In this document: positions 39,598 through 47,975 of the stretch, piece after piece
Layout of the letters: every line of letters begins with the position of its first letter
Numbering within the stretch: the stretch's first letter is position 1
DNA from: Bacteroidales bacterium
Lineage (GTDB): Bacteria > Bacteroidota > Bacteroidia > Bacteroidales > UBA10428
Length of the DNA stretch: 64,000 bases
Reading direction: 5' to 3'
NCBI GenBank assembly: GCA_046485045.1
Contig: JAWOHT010000133.1
Location: 16,203 to 80,202 of the forward strand
The notes under the pieces: generated by a model
Told to the model about the DNA's origin: nothing
The model's database searches: none
What the model saw: the letters and a program-made list of their open reading frames with translations, nothing else
Position numbers and translations under genes: made by a program

Positions 39598-41838
39598 ATG
39601 GTGAAAATTCTCAGGCTTTATATAGCCGTATTTTTTTGTTTGCCTCATTTTGTTGTTTCAGGCAACAGGGTTGTTACATTTCCGGCTGATACTACAGAAA
39701 GTAAGCCAGGCCTAATATCCGATTCATCCAGAGTACATTACCTGCTCTCTGCAGCAGATAATTTAAAGTTTAATGATACCAGGAGCGCACTGGCATTGGC
39801 ATACCAAAGTCTTGAGATTGCAAGCCAAAAGGGGCATGCAAATGAATTGGCTGCTACACATAAATGTATTGCCACCATATATACCATTCGGGGCCATTAC
39901 GAAAAAGCCCTTGAAAACCATTTAGCGGCTTTAAAAATTTATACTTCCCTTAACGATGAAGAGCAGATAGCCTCCTGCAGTCAAAGTATTGGAGAGGTTT
40001 TTATGCTCACCGGCAACTATAGCCAGTCGTCGTCTTATTTCTCGAATGCCCTCGAAATAAATAAAAAATTAAAAAACATCTCCGAAATATCCATGAATTA
40101 TAAGGGCATTGGCAAAGCATATATAAGACAAGACAGTATTGACAAGGGCCTATCTTACTATCTTGTCTCCCTGATGATTGCCGACAGCCTGAACAACATC
40201 AACGAGGTAATTGACCTCTTAAATAATATTGGCGAAGGATACCTTAAACTCCAAAAATACCCTATTGCACTTGGAAATTTTCAGCGCGCAGCAAAATTGT
40301 CGCTGCAGGAGCAAAATATGTTTGCACATGCATTGGCAAACCTTAATATTTCAAAGGTTTACCTCGGTAATAAACAGTTCTCTCCTGCCCTGAAATTTGC
40401 AATAAACAGTTATAATAGTGCTTCAGCAGAAGGATTTACCCAGATACTTCATGACGCAGAACACACATTGTCCCGCATTTATGCATCGGTCGGGAACTAC
40501 AAAAAAGCCTATCAGCATTTTGTTAAGTATAAAATATTATCTGACAGTGTGTTTAATGTTGAAACATCAAAGAAACTTGCCATCATGCAGGCAAAATTTG
40601 ATATTGAAAACATGGAGCGCGAAAACCAGCTTCTACGCTTAAAAAATGAGGAAAACAGGAGGACTATCCTGCGTAAAAACAAAATCGTTACCATTACGGT
40701 GTTGCTTATTGCCGCATCTTTCTTCCTGGTATTTCTTCTGCTATACATCAACAGACGGTTCAAAAAGCTAAACAGGCTGCTCGAAGAACAGAGCAAGGAA
40801 TTGAAAGAACTTAACCAGCAAAAAGACAAGTTTTTCTCTTTTGTCGTTCATAACATTAAGAATCCTTTCAGCACTATTCACGGTTTTTCTGAACTAACGC
40901 TGAAATATGCTGAACAAAACGATCAGGAGAAAATGTTAAGGTATTCAAGATATATCTATGATTCATCGCAGGGTATCAAAGAGATTCTGAACAATCTCCT
41001 TGAGTGGTCGAGAATTCAACATGGCAGTTACGAGTATTCCCCGGTAAAAATACATCTTGAAGGCCTGGTAAAAGATATCCTGGAAATTAATTCCAAAGCA
41101 GCAGGAAAAAAAGGAATTTCTTTAACATACCAGGACATGGACAACAGGTACATATATGCCGACAGACAGATGGTTTACATAATGTTTCAGAACCTGTTTT
41201 CAAATGCAATAAAGTATAACCATGATAACGGGTCTGTGTCTGTTTCTGCCGAATACCAAGGGCATTTTACAGCAATTACTGTTTCAGATACCGGACAGGG
41301 TATTTCTAAAAAACAACTTGCCCACTTGTTTGATTTTGCATACAAACAGGGATTAAAGGATACCGGCGAATCTAACGGGGCGGGCATGGGACTTGTCATT
41401 TGTAAAGAACTTGTAACAAAGAACGGAGGTGAAATATCTGTAGTAAGCGCTCCCGGTGAAGGCAGCAGGTTTACATTCACCCTTCCCACACACGAATCGG
41501 GTACCGAATTTTCAGAAGTTTCAGAACCATCTATAGCACAACAAATTCAACTAATAAAAGACAACCTTTCGGCTATTGATAATTTCCCTCTTGAATTAAA
41601 AGAGAAGATCAACACAACGGTACTGCAAAATTATTATCATACAGAAAAAGGGTTATCTGCAGACAGTATGAAAGAGTTTTCAGAATCACTGGTTTTACTT
41701 GCCGATGAATATCAGATTGATCCTCTGAAAAAATACGGACAGAAAGTGGCAAAATATTCCGGTTCGTTCCAGTTTGACAAAATACTTAAGATAATTCCGG
41801 AGTTCCGGGAGATCATTAAAATTATAAACCGGCCCTGA
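39598..41838 (+). CDS. TPR-repeat sensor histidine kinase (orphan)
   Basis: It has a signal/TM, a TPR region of about 300 aa, a TM and a coiled coil. Kinase motifs are the H-box FVVHNIKNPFSTIHGF, N-box FSNAIKYN, G1 DTGQGI and G2 GAGMGL. An extra C-terminal extension of about 130 aa follows. The start ATG at 39598 is preceded by AGGAGG. Confidence 0.8.
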   Translation: MVKILRLYIAVFFCLPHFVVSGNRVVTFPADTTESKPGLISDSSRVHYLLSAADNLKFNDTRSALALAYQSLEIASQKGHANELAATHKCIATIYTIRGHYEKALENHLAALKIYTSLNDEEQIASCSQSIGEVFMLTGNYSQSSSYFSNALEINKKLKNISEISMNYKGIGKAYIRQDSIDKGLSYYLVSLMIADSLNNINEVIDLLNNIGEGYLKLQKYPIALGNFQRAAKLSLQEQNMFAHALANLNISKVYLGNKQFSPALKFAINSYNSASAEGFTQILHDAEHTLSRIYASVGNYKKAYQHFVKYKILSDSVFNVETSKKLAIMQAKFDIENMERENQLLRLKNEENRRTILRKNKIVTITVLLIAASFFLVFLLLYINRRFKKLNRLLEEQSKELKELNQQKDKFFSFVVHNIKNPFSTIHGFSELTLKYAEQNDQEKMLRYSRYIYDSSQGIKEILNNLLEWSRIQHGSYEYSPVKIHLEGLVKDILEINSKAAGKKGISLTYQDMDNRYIYADRQMVYIMFQNLFSNAIKYNHDNGSVSVSAEYQGHFTAITVSDTGQGISKKQLAHLFDFAYKQGLKDTGESNGAGMGLVICKELVTKNGGEISVVSAPGEGSRFTFTLPTHESGTEFSEVSEPSIAQQIQLIKDNLSAIDNFPLELKEKINTTVLQNYYHTEKGLSADSMKEFSESLVLLADEYQIDPLKKYGQKVAKYSGSFQFDKILKIIPEFREIIKIINRP

Positions 41839-41905
41839 GCCATTGCTTATTGTTAAGTTTAGTTTGTAAATTTACACCATTACCTGCATAATTGTTCTTG
41901 TAATT

Positions 41906-42256
41906 ATGAATATTGAACTACTTCGGGCATATTGCCTGTCTAAAAACGGAGTCACCGAAAGTTTTCCGTTTGATGAACAAACACTGGTATTTAAAGTGAT
42001 GGATAAGATGTTTGCCCTTGTTGACCTTTACGGAGAACTCTCTGTAAACCTGAAGTGCGATCCTGAAAAGGCATTGGGGTTGCGTGAAAATTATCCTTCT
42101 GTAAAACCAGGTTACCACATGAATAAAAAGCATTGGAACACTATTTGTGTGGATGGGTCAGTTAGTGATAAGCTTATTTTTCAATGGATTGATGACTCGT
42201 ATAACCTTGTTTGCAGTAAGTTGCCAAAGTCTTTAAGAAACTTGATTGACAAATAA
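41906..42256 (+). CDS. MmcQ/YjbR family protein
   Basis: 116 aa. LRAYCLSKNGVTESFPFDEQTLVFKV...KMFAL...HMNKKHWNTI fits the YjbR pattern. Confidence 0.7.
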   Translation: MNIELLRAYCLSKNGVTESFPFDEQTLVFKVMDKMFALVDLYGELSVNLKCDPEKALGLRENYPSVKPGYHMNKKHWNTICVDGSVSDKLIFQWIDDSYNLVCSKLPKSLRNLIDK

Positions 42257-42275
42257 AAAATTACAACATAAAACC

Positions 42276-42854
42276 ATGGAGACAACAATGAAAAAAATGG
42301 CGCGGTACTTTTTCCAGGGCTTGTTATACCTTGCCCCAACTGCGATCACAGTGTATCTGATTGTTTTTATTTTCATAAAGTTAGACATGGGGGTGCGTAA
42401 CCTGGTTGAGGACCTTATACATATTAAAATTCCGGGTATTGGTATCATTGTCCTTTTTTTACTTATCACCCTGTTAGGGTTCCTTGGGCAGACTATTATT
42501 TTTCAGCCTTTCAGAATGGTGGTTGACAGTATTATGGCCAAAGCGCCCCTGGTGAAACTAATCTATTCATCAATAAAAGACCTGATGTCGGCCTTTGTCG
42601 GAACAGAAAAAAAATTTGACAAACCGGTGCTCGTAAAAGTAAACCTTATATCAGACCTCGAAAAAATGGGATTCATGACGCAATCAGACCTTTCTGAATT
42701 AAATATCAAAGACAAAGCAGCAGTTTACTTTCCGCACTCTTATAATTTTTCTGGTGAAATGTTTATTGTTCCCACCGAGCATATCACGCCTCTCGACATT
42801 TCCCCTACCGATGCCATGAAATTTATAGTATCTGGCGGGGTTACCAAAGTTTAA
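42276..42854 (+). CDS. DUF502 domain-containing membrane protein
   Basis: The N-terminus FFQGLLYLAPTAITVYLIVFIF and a second TM helix match the DUF502 architecture. The start codon is uncertain (42246, 42276 or 42288). Confidence 0.6.
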   Translation: METTMKKMARYFFQGLLYLAPTAITVYLIVFIFIKLDMGVRNLVEDLIHIKIPGIGIIVLFLLITLLGFLGQTIIFQPFRMVVDSIMAKAPLVKLIYSSIKDLMSAFVGTEKKFDKPVLVKVNLISDLEKMGFMTQSDLSELNIKDKAAVYFPHSYNFSGEMFIVPTEHITPLDISPTDAMKFIVSGGVTKV

Positions 42855-43079
42855 AGGCAATAAAGCCTTTCGGCTGTAAGTCCCGGTTAAAATGCGGATA
42901 CCGCCACGATGACATAACATGCCTAAACACCGGGTCTGCAGAAATTTCAGTATTATAGTTACACCTTCAGGTAATGCAGGTTTATTGATTTTTTCCAGGA
43001 TTTCTCCAACGTTGCACGCAACCATTTTCTGGTTTTGCACATCATATCTGTGTAAAAAAACCAAATAAAAGCAAAATAT

Positions 43080-45281
43080 ATGAAGAAAATAATACTCATT
43101 GTTTTTATAATCACTTCGTGGATTATTAATATTCAGGCATATAGCTGGTTATATGTCGGAGATCCGCAAGACTGGCAAAAATCCGGCCAGGGTTCAATAG
43201 ATGAGGTGTTGCTCACAGTAGAACCTAAAGGCAATTATATGGAATACGGGTTGTACCTTACCTTCAGTGCCGCTTCTCTTGGTTTTACAGCAGAAGACAC
43301 CCTTGAAGTGAGTTATTACTTTTCCCTTCCCGAAGGATCAATTGTGCACGACTCATGGCTCTGGGTTGAAGACAGTATTGTGCCAGCCAAAATAATGGAC
43401 CGCTGGAGCGCTTACCAGATTTACGAAGGTATAGTGAAAAGAAGACAAGATCCGTCGGTGCTCTATAAAGACTGGCAGAATAATTACCAGTTAAGGATTT
43501 TCCCTATGTCTGGAAATGGTAAGCGAAAAGTTAAGATTACTTATCTTGTGCCGGTAAACTGGTCGTCAAAAAATATTAGCGCACCCCTACCGCTCGACAT
43601 CCTTGAGCCTTCGCTTGTGCCGGTTGAAAATATCAAAATCGTTAATCTTGCATCGGGTGAATGGAAAAATCCGTCGGTTTTAGGATATCCTGAACTGAAG
43701 TTCAATGTAGAGAAAAAAAAGGGTGCATTGTTAAGTTCTCAAATGGTGATAGGTAAAAGCTATTTTAAAAACAATATGCAGATAGCTTACAATTCGCCGT
43801 TGAACAACGGAATTTTTATCAGTATTTATGAAACCCCCCAAGATGGATTCTACCAGATGGCCTTCGTCCCTTCCCAGGTATTTGGGATTAAAGATCAACG
43901 CAAGGTTCTGATAATGTTTGATTTTGAAAGAGACAACAGTTATTACACCAATGGCAACAATGTTTTTTATGCGCTGCAAACCACTTTATTAAATATACTT
44001 CAGGAGGGTGATTTTTTTAATATTCTGCTTTCCGGGCAAAAAATGGCCCTGTTGGCCCCGGACTGGATTCCGGCAGATTCAGCTTCAATTGCTTCAGCTT
44101 TTAAAAAGTTAGGCGAAAATCCGGTTTCGGCTTATTCAGACCTCCCTGAATTGCTTGAAACCGGCATAAAGTTTTTAAATGCAGGGGGAAATAAGGGTGA
44201 GATATTACTCCTTTCAAATTCTGATAATTACGGTGAAAATAAAATAGCAAATGAATTATTTGAAAAGATAAAAGAATTGGGGCCATTGCCTGTATTTCAT
44301 GTAGTAGATTTCTACGACAGGTACTATACATGGTACAATATCGGCAATCATTATTTCAGGGGCAACCAATATTTCTATACCATGCTTACCCGGCAGTCGG
44401 GAGGCAACTATTACGAATACAGCTATTGGAACAATACAGTTGACGAAATTATTGAAAAGGCCTTTGCCGATATGGGAGGAATTTTGAGTTCTTTCGACCT
44501 TCATACCACCCTTGATAATGGTTTTTGCCATAGCCGCTACAATAATGATAAGGAGAATCCGGCTACCTACCTAAGAAAACCTGTTGTGCAGGTTGGGAAA
44601 TATCACGGGGATTTTCCTTTTGTTATTAAAGCTTCAGGTATTTATAACGGTGAGATCAAGAGTGTTGAATTAACGTTTCAGGAACCTGAAATTTTCAAGG
44701 GAGACTCGTTATTGGAAGAGATGTGGACGGGCAATTACATTCAATCGCTTGAAAATTCATACACATACGACAATAAAATCATTCAGTCGGTTATAGATGC
44801 CAGCCTGAATGAACGTGTACTGTCGCGTTACACTGCATTTCTGGCGCTCGAACCAGGCATGGAGGCCAATATTGACCCACAGGATCCTGGCTCCGGTTCA
44901 GGCGGGTTGACAGAAAATTCTGTTGCCTTAAATGCATTTGGTGATGCTACAGCAAGAGATGTTACCGTAAATAAAAATCAGGAATTCAGAACCGATGAGA
45001 TACAGATAAGGTCGTTCCCCAACCCTTTCTCTTCGGTGGTGATAATTCAGATTGCATTGCCCGACAACGCAGAATGGCGGCGCGTTAAGGTTGAAGTGTT
45101 CGATGTTACCGGGCGCAAGATAAAAGAGTTTACCCCTGATGATTATAATTATAACGGATATATCAATATCGAGTGGGACGGACAAGGCAAGGGGAACATG
45201 GTTCTGGACAAGGGCCTCTACTCAATTGTAGTAACAGGCGACACATATAAAAAACAAATGAAAATTTTAAAGATCAATTAG
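43080..45281 (+). CDS. Secreted VIT-like/vWA-like protein with T9SS type-A C-terminal sorting domain
   Basis: It has a signal peptide. The VIT-like segment is YYFSLPEGSIVHDSWLWVEDSIVPAKI...IYEGIVKRRQDPSVLY...RKVKITYLVP. The C-terminus IRSFPNPFSSVVIIQ...GLYSIVVTGDTYKKQMKILKIN is typical of T9SS CTDs. Confidence 0.7.
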   Translation: MKKIILIVFIITSWIINIQAYSWLYVGDPQDWQKSGQGSIDEVLLTVEPKGNYMEYGLYLTFSAASLGFTAEDTLEVSYYFSLPEGSIVHDSWLWVEDSIVPAKIMDRWSAYQIYEGIVKRRQDPSVLYKDWQNNYQLRIFPMSGNGKRKVKITYLVPVNWSSKNISAPLPLDILEPSLVPVENIKIVNLASGEWKNPSVLGYPELKFNVEKKKGALLSSQMVIGKSYFKNNMQIAYNSPLNNGIFISIYETPQDGFYQMAFVPSQVFGIKDQRKVLIMFDFERDNSYYTNGNNVFYALQTTLLNILQEGDFFNILLSGQKMALLAPDWIPADSASIASAFKKLGENPVSAYSDLPELLETGIKFLNAGGNKGEILLLSNSDNYGENKIANELFEKIKELGPLPVFHVVDFYDRYYTWYNIGNHYFRGNQYFYTMLTRQSGGNYYEYSYWNNTVDEIIEKAFADMGGILSSFDLHTTLDNGFCHSRYNNDKENPATYLRKPVVQVGKYHGDFPFVIKASGIYNGEIKSVELTFQEPEIFKGDSLLEEMWTGNYIQSLENSYTYDNKIIQSVIDASLNERVLSRYTAFLALEPGMEANIDPQDPGSGSGGLTENSVALNAFGDATARDVTVNKNQEFRTDEIQIRSFPNPFSSVVIIQIALPDNAEWRRVKVEVFDVTGRKIKEFTPDDYNYNGYINIEWDGQGKGNMVLDKGLYSIVVTGDTYKKQMKILKIN

Positions 45282-45310
45282 GGTTAGTGGATTATTATGC
45301 AATTTCGTTT

Positions 45311-45345
45311 AAACCCTGAGAGAATTCTTTCAGGGTTTTACATTT
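45311..45345 (+). terminator. Rho-independent terminator-like hairpin after the T9SS-cargo gene
   Basis: AAACCCTGA / TCAGGGTTT form a 9-bp stem with a 10-nt loop, followed by TTACATTTTA. It lies between convergent genes. Confidence 0.6.
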
Positions 45346-46613
45346 TACAGATCGAACCCTATGTCTTTTCTGTAATACTTTTTTTGGTATGTTATAATAG
45401 CTGCATTCTTATAACATTTTTCAAGTGCTTCCTGATGGTTTTTCCCATAAGCGCTTACCGACAACACCCTGCCTCCGTTTGTAACCAGTTTATTACCAGA
45501 TATTTTTGTGCCGGCATGAAAGACGATGCAATTGCTGGTGTTTTCAATGTTTTCTATTGCAATGCCCTTTTCATAATCTCCCGGATAACCGCCAGATACA
45601 AGCATTACAGTAGTGACAGTATCGTCAGATATTTCAAATTTTTTCTTATCAAGGTTTTTATCAGCCACACCTTCTAAAAGGTCAACGATATCTGATTTTA
45701 CCCGGGGAATAACAACCTCCGATTCCGGATCGCCCATTCTCACATTGTATTCAATTACATAAGGTTCGCCACTGCAATTAATAAGCCCGAAAAAAATAAA
45801 TCCGCAATACGGGATTCTATCTTTTTTCAAACCGTCAATAGTTGGCTTAATGATTTTCTCCTCAACCATTTTCATAAAACTGTCATTTGCAAACGGAACA
45901 GGGGAGACAGCGCCCATACCTCCGGTGTTTAATCCGGTATCTCCTTCACCAACCCTTTTGTAGTCTTTTGCTTCAGGCAGAATCTTATAACTGTTTCCAT
46001 CTGTAATAACAAAAACCGAAAGCTCTATGCCACTTAAAAACTCCTCAATGACAACGGTTTTACCGGCATTGCCAAATTTTCCCTGAAGCATGGCCCTTAA
46101 TTCAATTTCAGCTTCAGTAAGAGAGTTCAGTATAAGAACCCCTTTGCCGGCTGCCAGTCCGTCGGCTTTGAGAACATAAGGTGGCTGTAGCTTTTTAAGG
46201 AATTTAATCCCCTCATCAACTAACTCGCCCGAAATGCTTTTGTACCGGGCAGTTGGAATACCATGCCTGAACATAAACTGTTTGGCAAAATCTTTGCTCC
46301 CTTCGAGCCTTGCACCTTCTTTTTGCGGACCGATAACTGCAATACGCTTTAAGGCAGGCGAACTAAGAAAATAGTCGTGAATACCTTTGACCAATGGGTC
46401 TTCGGGGCCCACAACCACCATTGCGACATTGTTTTCTGCAGCGAATTTTCCGATTTGTTCGAAATCATCAAGTGCAATGTTTACATTTATTCCCGATTCA
46501 CCCGTACCTGCATTTCCGGGTGCTATAAATAGCTTCTGAACCTTTTTGCTTTGCGAAATTTTCCAGGCCAGGGCATGTTCGCGCCCACCCGAACCAATAA
46601 GTAAAATATTCAT
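45345..46613 (-). CDS. purD: Phosphoribosylamine--glycine ligase
   Basis: MNILLIGSGGREHALAWK, GPEDPLV and an ATP-grasp core. The start was set at the second ATG (46613). Confidence 0.95.
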   Translation of the reverse strand: MNILLIGSGGREHALAWKISQSKKVQKLFIAPGNAGTGESGINVNIALDDFEQIGKFAAENNVAMVVVGPEDPLVKGIHDYFLSSPALKRIAVIGPQKEGARLEGSKDFAKQFMFRHGIPTARYKSISGELVDEGIKFLKKLQPPYVLKADGLAAGKGVLILNSLTEAEIELRAMLQGKFGNAGKTVVIEEFLSGIELSVFVITDGNSYKILPEAKDYKRVGEGDTGLNTGGMGAVSPVPFANDSFMKMVEEKIIKPTIDGLKKDRIPYCGFIFFGLINCSGEPYVIEYNVRMGDPESEVVIPRVKSDIVDLLEGVADKNLDKKKFEISDDTVTTVMLVSGGYPGDYEKGIAIENIENTSNCIVFHAGTKISGNKLVTNGGRVLSVSAYGKNHQEALEKCYKNAAIITYQKKYYRKDIGFDL

Positions 46614-46716
46614 TGCAGTATTTTTCGCAAACATACAACTTACACCACGAAATTAAAAATTTTGCTTTTACAAAAATTGATAGCCAAAATATTGTTGCAG
46701 GAAATAAAAAAAATAT

Positions 46717-46724
46717 TACTTTTG
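46717..46724 (+). promoter_or_regulatory. TAnnTTTG -7 promoter motif (TACTTTTG) upstream of rpmH
   Basis: Exact consensus match 38 nt upstream of the rpmH ATG. Confidence 0.45.
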
Positions 46725-46761
46725 CACTTCTAAAAAGTTTGCTTATAAAATACTAATCACG

Positions 46762-46917
46762 ATGAAAAGAACATTTCAGCCATCGAACCGGAAAAGAAAA
46801 AACAAGCATGGATTCAGAGAAAGAATGTCTACTGCCAATGGAAGAAAAGTATTGGCGAGCCGCAGGGCAAAAGGAAGAAAAAGACTTACAGTTTCTGATG
46901 AACTCATAAGCAAGTAA
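46762..46917 (+). CDS. rpmH: 50S ribosomal protein L34
   Basis: My own translation is [51 protein letters not shown] (51 aa). This is the canonical L34 sequence pattern. It is absent from the ORF track because it is shorter than 60 aa. Confidence 0.95.
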   Translation: MKRTFQPSNRKRKNKHGFRERMSTANGRKVLASRRAKGRKRLTVSDELISK

Positions 46918-46943
46918 TAAAAATCATACGATATTTCTTTTTG

Positions 46944-46975
46944 AAGGAAGGTTAAATGCCTTCCTTTTCTGTTTT
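46944..46975 (+). terminator. Rho-independent terminator of rpmH
   Basis: AAGGAAGG / CCTTCCTT form an 8-bp GC-containing stem with a 7-nt loop, followed by TTCTGTTTT. Confidence 0.75.
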
Positions 46976-47041
46976 ATATTCTCAAATTATTCTATAGCAA
47001 AATAGTAGTATATTGCAGAATAATTAAGTAAAAGGATAAAA

Positions 47042-47896
47042 ATGAAACACAAACAAACAATAGGCCTGGTTATGAAATCATTACAGGCCGAATTTTTCCA
47101 GGAGATGCAAAATGGGGCGCTTGAGTTTGCCCGTAAAAATGACAATTTTGAGTTAATAACTTTAGGGACTTCGACACAGACAGAAATTGACAGGCAAATT
47201 CAACTCGTTGATTCTCTGATAAAACAAAAAGTTGATGCCCTGGTGTTGGTACCTATTGATTCTAAGGCGTTGGTGCCTGTGGTAGTAAAGGCTGTTAATG
47301 CCGGGATTAAGGTAATAAATATAGATATAAAGCTGGATGAAGGCCTGCTGCAGAAAAATAATATTGAACTTACGTACGTAGGCCCTGACAACGAAACAGC
47401 TGCCCATATGGTAGGTAACGTGCTTGCCGGAAAACTGGGCAAAGGAGCAAAAGTTATATTGATTGAAGGGCTTAAAGTAGCAGAGAATGCCCGGCAGCGG
47501 AAAAATGGATTTTTGAAGTCTGTTGATGAATTCGGGCTTAACCTTGTTGCATCTGCCGCGGCCGATTGGGAAACCGGTAAAGCCGAAAAGGTATTTGAAG
47601 AGTTGTACGAAAAATACCCCGATATTGATGGTGTAATGTGCAGTAATGATGCAATGGCGCTGGGAGTGGTTCGTGTTTTGGAAAAACATGGTAAAACCGG
47701 AAAAATCCAGGTTGTAGGTTTTGACAATGATGCATCGGTACAGCCCTTATTAAAGTCAGGTACTATGCTTGCAACAATAGATGCTTTTGGCTCCCGGATG
47801 GCTGTGACAGGAATTGAATATGCCCTGAAAGTTCTTGACGGTATGGAAAACAAAGGGTCGTTCAGTACCGAATTTAAACTGATAGGGAGCATTTAA
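47042..47896 (+). CDS. RbsB-like periplasmic-binding-protein-fold sugar-binding protein, without signal peptide or DNA-binding domain
   Basis: 284 aa, collinear with mature ribose-binding protein. Matching segments are TIGLVMKSLQAEFFQEMQNGA, VDALVLVPIDS, AGIKVINID, ARQRKNGF, CSNDAMALGV and VVGFDN. In-frame stops lie just upstream of the ATG. Confidence 0.8.
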   Translation: MKHKQTIGLVMKSLQAEFFQEMQNGALEFARKNDNFELITLGTSTQTEIDRQIQLVDSLIKQKVDALVLVPIDSKALVPVVVKAVNAGIKVINIDIKLDEGLLQKNNIELTYVGPDNETAAHMVGNVLAGKLGKGAKVILIEGLKVAENARQRKNGFLKSVDEFGLNLVASAAADWETGKAEKVFEELYEKYPDIDGVMCSNDAMALGVVRVLEKHGKTGKIQVVGFDNDASVQPLLKSGTMLATIDAFGSRMAVTGIEYALKVLDGMENKGSFSTEFKLIGSI

Positions 47897-47911
47897 TATA
47901 AAGAACAAAAA

Positions 47912-47942
47912 AAGAGGCTGCCTATTTAAACGACAGCCTCTT
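47912..47942. terminator. Bidirectional terminator hairpin between the PBP-like gene and susD-like gene 1
   Basis: AAGAGGCTG / CAGCCTCTT form a 9-bp stem with a 13-nt loop. An A-run lies 5' of the hairpin, giving a U-tract for the minus-strand transcript. TTAATT lies 3' of it. Confidence 0.7.
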
Positions 47943-47975
47943 AATTCATCATTCTGAATTATTTCCAGTGAGTTA

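Noticed and set aside
42699-43064. 121-aa minus-strand ORF covering the DUF502 3' end and the 225-bp gap upstream of the T9SS-cargo gene
   Set aside because: Half of it is antisense to DUF502, and I recognise no family. It could hide a decayed gene fragment in 42860-43064, but I cannot support that from sequence alone.
45297-45677. 126-aa plus-strand ORF
   Set aside because: It overlaps the 3' end of purD on the opposite strand and includes the terminator hairpin. It has no recognisable motifs.
46614-46761. Possible purine riboswitch in the purD leader (minus strand)
   Set aside because: The reverse-complement leader lacks the conserved purine-aptamer junction sequences. The region is better explained as the divergent purD/rpmH promoter region.
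47162-47892. Two long minus-strand ORFs (175 and 230 aa)
   Set aside because: Both are antisense to the RbsB-like gene, whose translation aligns along its full length with ribose-binding protein. They are shadow ORFs.
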